Shown one piece after another: positions 28,611 to 42,858 of a stretch of 64,000 nt of DNA. Source of the DNA: the human T2T-CHM13v2.0 reference genome, Homo sapiens; the NCBI RefSeq assembly GCF_009914755.1, contig NC_060925.1; one strand, 5' to 3'. The notes under the pieces were generated by a model that did no database searches, had not been told where the DNA came from, and worked only from the letters and a program-made list of their open reading frames with translations. A program made the translations under genes and the position numbers. The stretch's first letter is position 1. Each line of letters begins with the position of its first letter.

Positions 28611-31029
28611 TTAAAATCAAAAGCTCAAGGAGGCAGTTAGTGGTCCTACTTGAGACAATTGGTCTCAAAAAGATTTTTACAAGAACCTGAAGCAGTGGAA
28701 GCTTGGATGGAACAGAGCTTGGAGACGTTCCTTCCAGGGCCTGTCACTAATTCTGTTCCACGTGTGCAGACAGCAGCCTTTCCTTGCATTTCCAGCTTGT
28801 TAGCGCTAATATTCCCAGTGCCCTTTGAGGATATCCATCTAGCATGCACTCATGTAGAAACGCTGCTTTGCAAACCTTTCATCACATGTTATAAAGAAGA
28901 TGTCAGCCTGACACAGACACATCTAGGGGTGGTGAGGAAGACAGTCATTCATTTTCAAACCTGTCAGACGAGCGGCTCTGGCGGGCACTTTGAGCGCAGG
29001 AGCTGGAGGAAGACTGGCAGCACCACCAGGCAATGGGCAAGAGCACAGGGCTAGGAAATGTCCTTCCCAGCCAGGCCTGCCTGAGGGCATGGGATGAGTA
29101 CAGCAGGAGAGATCTGGCGATTAGGCTCGAGGGCCAGGAGAGCAGACTCTGCCTCCTGGCAGGTGGAGGTGGGAGTACAGGGTTGCTGCCTTCCCTCAGC
29201 TTCCTACCCTGGGTGAACTCAAGCTCTTGGCCATGAGGATCATGTCAGAACTGCTGGGGGAAGAAAGTGGTTGGGGCAGCTGGATCACTGGGACATGTGG
29301 TTGTTGCTGCTGTGTAATCTTAGATCCCAAACCTGGACAGACAGTGGGAGGAAGCCTGACTTTTCTTCCCTAACTAGGCTCTCAAGCTTCCAGGTGGTTT
29401 TGTGCTCTTCTCACCTCCGCCTGCTCTGCCTGCTCGTGTCCCCTTCCCCAGTACATGCGGCAGCACTGCACATGCTCAGAGCCTGCACTGGCTGGGGCAT
29501 TGTTTGGAGTTGGTGTGATAGGGTGGACTGTGCACAGGAGGGGCCCTTGGGAAATCTAAGCTCGATTTCCCACTATTCCTATAACCCTGTGATCCCGAAC
29601 ATGCCACTGCATTGCCCTGGGTCTCCGCTTTCTTGTCTTTCAAATGTTGGAGGTGGAGGAGATGGTGAAGGGCAATAGAGAGGCAGGAAGGAGGATCGAA
29701 TGATCACTTAGCATAAGGCCCTGCTACAGACGTATATGCCACTCAGAGTTGCTAACCTGACGACTTCATATAACTCTATGGCAGGGCCTTGTGGTTAAGG
29801 GTGTGGGCTGGGAAGCCAGACATCCTCAGCGTCATTCCAACTTCATGCTTCCCAGTGAGGTAAGCTCTCTCAGCCTCAGCTTCCTCAGTTGTAATAAAAA
29901 TAATGCCTTCCTCATGGGGTTCTTGTGTACATATAAGTACACAGTAAGTGACAATCATCATCATCTTCCTCATAGTCATGATGTATTTAGAGGTCAAGAT
30001 AGCCTGCTTGAATTTGAATCTTGGCTTAGGTATAGTGAGTGATTTGGGCAACTTATTTAACCTCTAAAACTCACGTTCCTCATCTGACACTAGAATAATA
30101 ATCATCATGCACGTATTACAGAGTGGCTTTAGGTGCTAAATAAGGTCATCTACATAAAGCTCCTAGCACAGTTCCTCAATACTGTTAGTTCTTTAAGAAG
30201 AACTGTATTATTTTCCTGGAGGTATGATCTCCTTCCTTGGGGTGGTGGGGTTAGGTGTTTGGTTGGGGTGAAAGGCCATGTCTAACTTGTTAGCAAGAGC
30301 AAAGGAATGCAGAGGGACTGTTTTGCAGGAATGACATTCCTAGTCCTGCAGTCAGGCCCATTGCCCCAGGTTACACATCAGCGCTCTGCAGGTAAATCAC
30401 TGATTAACCACAAATTCAGAGTCAGGGACTTTCACAGACAAGTCTTTCCCTTTCCCAACCCTGAGTGGCAAGGCCCTTGCTCACAGAAGATGCTTCTAGA
30501 GCTCCTCCCTATCCCCCTGCCCTCACCTCAGTGCATGCTTACAGCTTCCCAGTACAAGCCCCAGCTTGGGCTCTTTTGGGGAAAGGCACAGCTTCAGGCC
30601 CAGGGATATTTGTGCAGGGAGGAGGTGGAAGTAGTTTCTGGAGCTTGATTCATTACAGCAGCAATCTCGGTCAAACAGGTTCTTACAACTTCAGGGAGGC
30701 CTCTTTGTTCTATTGTTCCAAAGAGCCAGACAGGCTTCCCCACAATCCTGGAAGGTGGCAGGTGAGGTGGGGAAGGAGCCCTCTGGAGTCTGGCCAGCAG
30801 GCTGCTGCCTATGGCAACTGCATCTCTGTTCACATAACACCAGGGATCCGATTCTGTTTGATTATAGCTTGTAAACCTTAGGCAATTGGCTTCCTTTGCT
30901 ATTTGCTCCTCCAGGGAAGAGTGGTGGCCGGAACCTGTGGAAAACCCACTGAAACCACACTAGCTTTTTTTTGAGAGGTGGAGACAAGGGCTAGATCATG
31001 TTGAAAAGTGAAAAAGACAAGAGAGTGCT

Positions 31030-31420
31030 CAGATAATTCAGAACATAAATTTGGTTTTGATACAATGGAATATTATTCGGCCCTTAAAAGGAATGATATG
31101 TGCAATGTCATTGGGACACCTTGAAAACATCATGCTAAGTGAAAGATGCCACACACAAAAGGCTACATATTAAATGATTCCATTTATATGAAATGTCCAG
31201 AATAGGCAAATTTTAGAGATAGTAGGTAATTCCTGCTTGCAGAGGTGGGTGAGAGAGAAATGGGAGTGACTGCTAATGGCTATTTATCAAAATGTTCTAG
31301 AATTAGATACTGATTATGTTTGCACAACTTTGTGAATGTCCTAAAAACCACTGGAATCTTCACTTTAAAAGGGTTACTATTATGGTATATGGATTATATC
31401 TTGATTTTATAAATTATATG
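31030..31420 (+). mobile_element. Old L1 (L1M) 3' end fragment
   Basis: tacaatggaatattattcgg...atgctaagtgaaaga...ttccatttatatgaaatgtccagaataggcaaa. Confidence 0.8.
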
Positions 31421-32469
31421 ATAAAAAATGTGGGTTTCACTCTGTAAGAAACTATGGAGGCTATTAGTGTATTGCCAAAAAAGGGAAGGAAAAGCTGGTC
31501 TGCCAGTGAAGATTTTGGGGCTCTGTCTTGGTTGGTCATCTAACTCTCTAATCATCTGCCAGACAAATATTTATTGGGCGCCTACCACGAGTCAAGACAT
31601 TGTGCAAGAATCAGCTATATATTGATGAAAAAGGCGATCTGTTCACCCTTCATGATCTGCCACTAACTGTGTTCTCTTGGGCAGTTTGTTTAACTTCTCC
31701 AAACCGCTGTTTCCTGATCTGTCTCGTGGAACCATCTCTAGATCTCTCCCTATGAGTATACAAGAGACTGAGGTCCCCAGCAAATACCATGAAAGTCTAC
31801 ATTCCCTTGACTTCTCTGGTTACATTCTGGGTTGTCCCAGGGTTTCCAAAATGCACTTCAGAATCTGTGCTTCCACTTTCTCTTGGGGACTCTCTGTCTC
31901 ACAGAGCACTGCCATAGGGAATTGCTACCTGCAAAATCAATTTTCCTGCACTTCACTCTCCACTGGTGTTGAAAAGAGTGAAACCAGAGAAAAGTTGTCC
32001 AAGTTCCAAAAACAAAGTTACCCATCCATTTACAGGGTCATCTTGCACTTTCAAAATAAGCTGCTCATTTTCCCCAGGTCTCATTATTTAGGGGAATGTT
32101 TCCTACTTCATTTCCTAAGCACAGACAATATTTTATGGATCAAAGTATACATTTATCCTATTTTCAGGTAGAATTGTGGTTGATATAGGCTAGATGGCAA
32201 AATAGGTAAATAAACTTTTAATGTGAACAGAAGTTCACACGTGCACACACACACAAGCACACACACACCCTGTAAAGCTGGTATGTTTTAATATCTCCCC
32301 CAGTGCCCAGTGTACCTTTCTATGTTTGGGCAGCAAAGCAGAATGTTTGAGGTTCTTGAAAGCATCTCCAAAAACACTTTATAAAATCAACTGGAGAAAA
32401 AAATAAAATCCCGCTAGACTTCCCACACCATCGGCAGCAATCGTGAAGCTGGCTTGCCCTCTGGCCCAC

Positions 32470-33334
32470 TTCTCTTCACTGTGTACTACCCCAGGATAAT
32501 GTAGCCCTTGTCACAAGACTTGTTGTCCCTTCTCTGTTCTATAGACAAAATTTAAGACATGGTGAGATTAAAAGTGATATGGTTTGGATCTGTGTCCCCT
32601 ACCCAAATCTCCTGTTGAAATGTAATCCCCAATGCTGGAGGTGGGGCCTGGTGGGAGATGATTGGATCGTGGGGGTGATTTCTTATGATTTAACACCATT
32701 CCCCACTTGGTATGAGTTCTCACAAGATCTGGTTATATAAAAGTGTGTGGCACCTCCCCACCACCTTGGTCCTGCTCCTGCCATGTGAGATATCTGCTCC
32801 CGCTTTGCCTTCTGCCATGAGTAAAAGCTCCCTGAAGCCTCCCCAGAAGCAGATACTGCCCTGTTTCCTGTACAACCTGAAGAACTTTGAGCCAATAGAA
32901 GCTCTTTTCTTTATAAATTACCCTGTCTCTGGTATTTCTTCATAGCAATGTGAGAATGGACTAATACAATAAGATTTCCATTTGAGTTTCTCTTTTAGGT
33001 TCTGCATACCAATAAAACTACTGACATCAGCTGGTCTAAAAGGCTGAGCAAGGAGCTGACTTATGGAAGAATGCAGTTTCCACATCCTCACGATTTCATC
33101 CCCTTACCCAGATCAATCAATGACCCCAATTTTCCAGGCCCTCAGCTTCCATGATCCTCTTAAAAACCCTTGCCCAGAACCCCTTGAAGAATTGGATTTG
33201 TGGCCTGAGAATCCCTCCTCTTACCCATTTGGCAGCCTTGCGATTATTAAACTCTTTCTCTGCTGCAAATCCCACTGACTCAGTGTGTTGGTCCATTGCT
33301 GTGCAGCGCTGTAGGAACCTGGTAGTCTATAACA
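32470..33334 (+). mobile_element. ERV1-type (MER4-group-like) LTR remnant interrupted by the MaLR LTR
   Basis: 3' part has cttaaaaaccc (TATA-like), attaaactctttctc (poly(A) region) and ends ...tataaca. The 5' boundary is uncertain. Confidence 0.55.
32575..32968 (+). mobile_element. MaLR LTR (MSTA/THE1-like) nested inside another LTR
   Basis: tgatatggtttggatctgtgtcccc...ggactaataca termini. Confidence 0.88.
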
Positions 33335-33404
33335 TTCTGATTTGTTCACACCTTTTCTTCTCTTAGCCGTGTGCACAATTGAAAACGAACTCATACTTAA
33401 TGGG

Positions 33405-33423
33405 CGACCACCAGGGGGTGCCC
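33405..33423 (+). promoter_or_regulatory. Strong CTCF motif match
   Basis: CGACCACCAGGGGGTGCCC vs consensus TGGCCACCAGGGGGCGCTA. Confidence 0.65.
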
Positions 33424-33539
33424 AATATCTTGCAGTTGCATTGTGGATGGGATGTGAGAGAAGAGAAAGGTGAGGGCTGGCAAAGGTGAGAAATCAGTTC
33501 TTGCTAGAGCTGTAAAAGAGCAGGTTGAAGGTTTCCTAC

Positions 33540-33594
33540 CTGGATCACTCTTCTCTGCAAAGGCCACAATGTGGATCCCATTCAAATCATCTTC
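33540..33594 (-). CDS. CASQ2: CASQ2 exon 8 (55 nt): EDDLNGIHIVAFAEKSDP(D)
   Basis: atacag acceptor, G|gtagga donor, phases consistent with neighbours. Confidence 0.96.
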
Positions 33595-35842
33595 CTGTAT
33601 GAGAAAAGTATCAAAAGTTACATTTCCAGCTGGAGGGATGCAAAGGACTGAGCCAGGGACAGGGACTCAGAAGCTGGAATGGAAATAGGAGAGGTAGGGA
33701 GAGGTGTGGAAGCGGGGATGAACACAGAAGCACAGAGGAGTACAGCGGGGCTCACATTAAGGAAGGAATGCTGAGGAGCAACTGCCAGGAATGCATAGGG
33801 TTTGGATCAGGGACTCAGATAAATGAGTTTGCAAGACAGGAAAATACCAACCACACGCAAGACATTAGCACTAAATGAGCCTCACTCCTGTGGTCTGGTG
33901 GTTCCAGGAGTGCAGCAGTAAAAGGCAAAATGAGAAAGAACATGAGTCTGGTTTATCAGGAGATCTGAGAGCAACAATGGCTCTGGAGGCAGCTCAGTAA
34001 AAGCAGCTGTCAGTCTCTGTTTCAAGAATTTACCACTGGCAGATAGAGTCAGTGATACACCAGATTATGGAGGCTTCTGAATGCTGTGGACAGATCCTGA
34101 AACTATATCCAAATGGATGGCAGACAGGAATCATTGAGGTCAATTAGGATGTGGGCTGGTGTTGTTCACACAAGAATCACAGACAAGGGTTGTGCTTCCC
34201 TGTTAGGACCCTGCCTACAGAACCCATGTAGTGTGTAGGGGACACTGCTAGAATTGGCCTCTAGGTGACTTCCTTGAAGTCCTTGCCCAGTCAGTATAGG
34301 CCTCCAGTGCATTTCTGAGGCTGCAGGAATTGTCTGGAATTTGAGCGTAAGGAAGGTTGAGGGTGTGCGATTGAGAAAAGTGGTGTATGGCTGTGGGGGC
34401 AGGGGCAGGAAGAAGAACCTAGAGAGAGTATTTTAAGTCTATGGGGCAAACAAGGCGCATTTCATGTCTCTACACCCTGGGCAGCAAGGACCCTATGCCT
34501 TGTGTCTCCTTTGCAATGATTATTCCTGGAGAAAGAGGAGCTAGAGCTTGGAAGGGGCTCTGCTATCACAAATGTGATTCTCAGGAGACTTGGGGAGGAA
34601 TATGTGTGAGAAAGAGGCACCTGGGGACAAGGCCGAGTGCATAGTGATGATGAGACATGGGGAGAGGTATGCTTTGGGCACCCTGAACATCATATCAGAA
34701 TCATCCTATGGAAAAACCTCCAGGCGTCTCAACCTTCCCATGATCTCTGTTTCCATTTCAATTGATTTTAATGCTGGCGCAATCCTATCTAAATGCTAAT
34801 TTTTTTCCTTTGAGTTTGGAATGGACAAAGCCTCCACAAATTCTAAGAAAGATTAAATGGAAAATATTATTATTAAAAACAAGACAGTGGGCACTGCCTT
34901 GGTCAGATTCTCTGGAGAATTTAATTTTACAGATACGCATGTGTGTGCCTGTGTGTGCCGGCTTATTACACAAATCCGACAGCAACCAGAAGGGGAGTCT
35001 GAGGTTTCACTGTTTTACATTTGCTATTATCGCCAGACAGAATATCCCGATCAGTTCTCATTAGGCTAGCCTGTGTCTCTGTCTCCTGCCATCAGATGGG
35101 AGTGAGCGCTGTTAATTCTGTGAAGCAGGCTTCATTTCTGTGTGCCCTGCTAGAACGCATTTGGAATTGGCTTTAGAATTAAGAATCCATATTTGTTTTC
35201 TAGAAGGCTGCTCATAATACGGCTGTCACTCCCCAGACCCAAGATGGTCCCTGGAGGGAGCACTGTCACCAAGGGAAAGAGCCTGTCACTGTGTGCGTCA
35301 CAAAGATTCAGCATGCAGACCTGTATTCCACATCCACAAGGAAGCAGGCCAGCGCTAGGTGCCAGGCATTTTCAAGTAATAAACTCACAGAGCCAGAACC
35401 CATGGGCAAGCTGGCAAGTTGGGGTTACTCAGTGAGAACCCAGCTTGCACAGGGGAGGAATAGCTGTGCTGACTTCAGGGCTGAGAACCCCCGGGGCTTC
35501 TCTGAATCCCACAGCCTTTGCTACCCAGATCTCTCATTTGGTCTTTAGGTTGTCTTGGAAATTCTGTTTTTAATTGCATGAATCTTCCCTCCTCAACTAG
35601 ATGGAAAGCTCACTAAAAGAAGGGATTATGCCTTAAGATAACAACAGTTATTAAAGTGGCAACAATATCTGCTATTTGCCACTTTTTCTGTACTTACTTT
35701 GTAAGTACATTATCTCAAAATCTCATAAGAAAGTCTTATTCTTATTGAATGCTTGAAGAATCAAAGTGTCTTACCTAAGGCCACAGAACTAGTAGTGACA
35801 GAAGGGGGATTCAAGCCAGTTCTGTCTGGCCCCAAAGCCCAC

Positions 35843-36197
35843 TGTCTTGGTTTATTCGGGCTGCTATAACAACATATCAAAACCTGGGTAGCTTATAAAC
35901 AACAGAAATTTATTTCTCACTGTTATGGAGGCTGGGAAGTCAAGGCGCCGGCAGATTTGGTGTCTCGCGAGGCCTGCTTTCTGGCTCAGAAGCAGGGCCT
36001 TCCTGCTGTGTCCTCACGGTGGAAGGGACCAGCTAGCTCTCTGGGGCATCTTTTAGGGCATTAATCCCAACATGAGAGTTCAGCCCTCAAGACCTAATCA
36101 CTTCCCAACGGCCCCATCTCCTCACACCATTACCTTGGGGGCTATGATTCCAATGTATGAATTTGCATGGGTACACAAACATTCAGACCACAGAACC
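35843..36197 (-). mobile_element. MaLR LTR (MLT1A/MSTC-D-like)
   Basis: tgtcttggtttattcgggctgctataaca...aacaacagaaatttatttctcac...acattcagaccaca. Confidence 0.85.
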
Positions 36198-37242
36198 TGT
36201 ACTCTTTCTTTCTCACCACCACCAGCAGAACAGGCTCCATGAATTTATTCCCCTGCAGGGTTTGCAGAAAATGTTGTAAACTTGGATCAATGGCTCTTAA
36301 GTTGAAAGAGGCTGGAAAGAGACCTGTATATAAAGTAACTGAGTGCAAGATTTCCCAAAGAACCGGAGATTTGGGAATAACGTCAGTGAATCCCTTCCTT
36401 TGGATACCCCAGCACTTTGTACGCCCCCCTGTCGCAGCAGTGAGCATGCTGGGCTGGCGTTATATGTCTTGAGACTGTTTCGTCTACTTAATCTGAGCTC
36501 TTAAGGACAGGACAGCAATGTTAGCTTTTATAACCTCATTGTTTAGCACAGAGGTTCTTTTTAACGCCTATAGACTCAAAAAAGGAGTATGGCAATAAAA
36601 ACCTTACTCACTGAAGAAAATTAGAAAATATTAGGTATACCAAGAAGAAACTATGCTTATCAATTACCTACCAACAACATATATTACCACTTAATATTTT
36701 ACTCAGTTTCCTTCCAGTCTCTGTTGAATGTTTGTTCTCATGTTGAATGAAGAGATGCAAAGAAAAATGCGGTTAAAATAAGCAGGCTTCCTATTTAAGG
36801 TGCAATGGAGTGACCTAGATGCTTGTCTGGGGGTCTCTGACCCCATCTTGAAAGTATTTTGTTGTTGCAATATAGGGAGGCTTCTTTTAGAAGAAATTGC
36901 TGACTCTCCTTCCCTGTGGGCAGTTCCCCAGGACTCCAGCGGGCCACTTGGCTAGATGGAGGGTGAGGTCTCGAGGGGGAATGACAGATCAGCACTGGGT
37001 CTCTTTTTGCCCTGCCTCAGCTTGACATTCTTTGAGTATTTAAAATAAATAAATAGCTTTCCAATGTACACACAGCAAATATTACCAGGCACCAGTTTCT
37101 TTAGTAATCATATGTGATGTGTTTTCTATGGCCTGCATCTTAAAAACCTGCACAATTAGAGTGAGAGAAAGATCAATAGTTGTTTTAGTCCTAGCTGGCT
37201 TTCCCATCTTATTTAAATATTTCTCAATGTCTCGGGAAGTAG

Positions 37243-37581
<339 letters not shown>

Positions 37582-38390
37582 TGAAGTTCATTAACTGGTC
37601 ACTTTCCACAACCACATCTGTGGTTTAAGTTGCTGTGGCCACGTGGCCCACAGGGATGGCACTCTTTAGAGCAGTGACCTGCTAGGGGGCCCAGGTAGAG
37701 GAGGGGGTATGGAAAGTGGCTCCTCAGAGGTCCTTTGGATGGACTGATTTCTGTTTCTCCCTTTCAAGGAAACAAAGATGACACTGGAGAGGCCTGTCCT
37801 GCCTTCCCCCTAGTTGGAGACTTGAATGAGGGGATGACTAGGTCTGGTTAGGGTTCCTGGGTAAGACATGAGGCTGTTCCAGAACGGGGAGGGAAGGAAT
37901 AAACCATTTCAGTTGCCCTTTTCTCTGCCTGGTTAAATTCAATACGCTGCTCTCTTCCCCAAGTTAAGAACAATTCAATATGCAATAATGTGGAAAATAT
38001 GAGCCATCACCATTATTTTATATTATAGCAAAAGGCTGTATTTTATCTTATTCATTAAATGAAAAGAAAGGAGAGAATGAGTTCCAATGAAACCAGACAC
38101 TGAACTTCCTTTCTGAACATCTGCCTCTAATGTGTCAACAGGGAGTATTTCTGTAGCAGTGTGGGATATGTGAGGACACAGGCTCCCCATCTACAGAACA
38201 CCATGGTCTTGAGTGATACTGCTATGACAGGAAGGAAAGACCTGGGAGAAGGGGTCCATAGTGGTATATTCCCTCCCTTCCTAGAACCTAGATAATTGAG
38301 ACTTGCCTCTTAGGAATAAAGACAATAAAAAGAAAAAAACTGAAGATAAAGCCACAGCAGAAGAGAACATCAATAATGACTCTCAATTTA

Positions 38391-38915
<525 letters not shown>

Positions 38916-38945
38916 TCAGTGTTAATTTCCTGATTTTGAAAATTC

Positions 38946-39005
38946 TATCTCTCTATATCTATCTATCTATCTATCTATCATCTATCTATCTATCTATATC
39001 TCTCT

Positions 39006-39066
<61 letters not shown>

Positions 39067-39086
39067 ATCTATCTATGTATCTATGT
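38946..39086. repeat. Compound (TATC)n/(GATA)n tetranucleotide STR
   Basis: Several interrupted tatc runs. Confidence 0.97.
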
Positions 39087-39183
39087 AGCTAGAAGGGATG
39101 GTAAAATGTTAACATTTGGGAGATCTAGGTGAAGAGATATTGAAGTTCTTTGCACTATTTTGGTACATCTGAAATTATTTTAG

Positions 39184-39567
<384 letters not shown>

Positions 39568-40022
39568 ATAAGACCCTTTTAATATCTTTGAAAGGTTTAA
39601 ATGTTAGGAAAGTTTGTTTCTATTGTGCTGAGTTGTTATTAAATAGTCCGCTCCTCTGGACTGGATTATTTACCCTTTGGTATCTTGTGAAATGTTTGCT
39701 CTACCTTCAAACATCCAAGTAAGTTACAGACCAGTAAAACAGTGTCAAGTTGCTCCCTGGTTCTGTTCATCCATCACTTCAAAGAATTAAACAGATAAAT
39801 ACTTCCGTGTTAATTCCTTTCTCCTCCTTCCCAGCCCTCACACCAAATGGCCCCTTGTGGGGACATAGTCACTCTGGGGAGGCATTCTGCAGAGAACACC
39901 AGGTTTGGCTCCAGATGGCTTATATTTAAGTTCCAAGAACTAATGGTTTTTAGTTATGTGTCTTTTAGTGATTAATCTGTATGAGCGTCAGTTTCTGACT
40001 ATGTCAAACGGGGCTAAAATAG

Positions 40023-40200
<178 letters not shown>

Positions 40201-40742
40201 AATAATACTTGTTCTACATCACTTTCTAGAGCTATTGGAAGATCCAAATAAAAAGATGCATGAAATGCTTTGAAAAATGCTCCACAGCCTTTGTTATTTA
40301 TGAACTTCTGTACATAAGGTGTGGGTTGGGGGTTTATCTCCAAGGCCCTCTATCTAACACTGTTTGAGCTGCCTGACATATTATCCATGACACAAACCTA
40401 GAAGACAAGTTGGCTCAGCTGCTTGCCAGTGCCTTCAGTTGATATTTTTAAAAAACAGCTACCATATAGTGAACTCTTCATATTCATCCTTATAAAAAGT
40501 CCCAATTTTAGATGAGGAAATTTAGACAGCTCAGAAAGGCCACAGGACTTGACATAGTACACAAAGCTACTAGGTGGCAGATTCTGGACTTGAACCCTAG
40601 TCTCTATTACTTTATAGCCTGAGTTCCTTCCACTGTGTTACTGTGTGGCTCTGATGATCAATGAACAGAAGCTATAGTCACTGCAGGAAATTAACTAAGA
40701 GCAATTTTGCCTAGTGAGTAGTACCAAAGAGGCTTGGATTGA

Positions 40743-41092
<350 letters not shown>

Positions 41093-41236
41093 ATCTGTCC
41101 ATGTTTCAAATACTCATCTAGACATCCACCTCAGCCAAATAAACTTGGTTTGAGTTTGGGGACTTAATCTAAGAAGCACTCCTCTTTGGGACTATACTCA
41201 TCTCTACAAGGCAAAGAGAGTTTGCCTCTTTCTTAC

Positions 41237-41282
41237 CCATGTTTCAAACATTTCTTCTGGGCGCAGGCGACGTAGAGTGGGT
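41237..41282 (-). CDS. CASQ2: CASQ2 exon 7 (46 nt): (R)PTLRRLRPEEMFETW
   Basis: T21-ccag acceptor, gtaaga donor. Confidence 0.96.
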
Positions 41283-41995
41283 CTGGAAAAAAAAAAAAAA
41301 AAAAAAAGAAAGAGCTTCCTTGAGTAGGGATCACTGTGGCAGACACAGCAGCCACAGCATTATGAAATGTAAAATGAGATGATGCTTCTTTTGCAAGGCA
41401 GGGAGAGCCCTAAAAACCCACTTATCTTCTAAGGAAACAGACCTGCTCTACTCTGCTGTGTCAGACAGCGAGCTGGGCCAAGGCACTCAGCCTTTTCATA
41501 GACCCACTGATCCAAGAATTATAAAGTCTTTTACAAACAATGGGTCAGAGGGCACAGGGTCAGCTCATTCCCAGGGCAAGATGCCATTTCCTTCCTCACA
41601 GATAGCCACCACTCCAGAGAGCCCACAGCAGGCCTGGAATGAGAAACCTGAGGGGGAAAACAGGAAATCTCGGATTTTGTAGGTTAAAACTGCCTTTGTT
41701 TTATCATCTGGTGTATACATTGAAAGTCCTTTAGGGATATTTAGGGGAGCAGACAGGATCTATATTTTGCTCATAGTTTCATTTCTTTCTGAATATTGGC
41801 AAATGGTGCTGGACATATTAATATTTGCTCCTCCAAGTACTGCCTTCCTGAAGGAACTAGGACTGTCCAGGTGAGGGGGATCACAGTACTGCAGGTCCAA
41901 TGAACACACTCGTGTACATGCCAGGTAGGGTGGAGGGACAAGCCAGTGAGTCCACTACCATGTTCCATATTCCCATATCTTCCCTCCCTCAAGAG

Positions 41996-42219
41996 CAGGG
42001 GTCAAAAAACTACAGCTGGTGGGACAAATCCAGCCAGGGCCTCCTGTTTTCCTAAATAAACTTTTACTGGTACACAGCCACACCCATTTGTTTATACATG
42101 ATCCATGGCTGCTTTCATGCCACAGCCGCAGTCAAGTAGTTGCTACAGACGCCATCTGGCCCACAGAACCTGAAATATTTACCATTTTGTTCTTTACAGA
42201 AAAAGTTTGCTGATCCATG
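41996..42219. mobile_element. MER58-type hAT MITE
   Basis: cagggg(g)tcaaaaaactacag...aaagtttgctgatccatg. Confidence 0.8.
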
Positions 42220-42651
42220 CTGGAGCTACACTAAGTGGTATCAAGCATTTCTCTCCCAGAAGTTCTATGCATAGAGTGTTCATCCTTGGCTAAGTTACTT
42301 AACTATTGAGTCCAATTCCTTGATCTGTAAAATTGGGATAATAATAATTACTCCCTAAGGTTGGAGATTAGATAAAATAGTTTCCCTAAAGCACTGGGCA
42401 TGGTTATTGGTATATGGGAACTTTCACTAAATTGCTATCATTCCTAGTATAGAATTTTATTTATATCTTGCCCTGGCTTTGAGGGGATTTGCTGACTGAG
42501 GGATTTATCAAACTCTGCTTGCAGGTGCAGACTTAGATTCAGAAGTAATAACATCCCTGCTAGTCATTACTGATCAACAAAGCCATACTACTGAGTTCTG
42601 TACTGCTGGGGTACTAACTAGGTTGTTGCTCTTGGCAGGTCTGAAATGTTA

Positions 42652-42858
<207 letters not shown>

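Noticed and set aside
37677-37695. Third CTCF-like sequence cctgctagggggccc
   Set aside because: Mismatches at key core positions; too weak to call without ChIP data.
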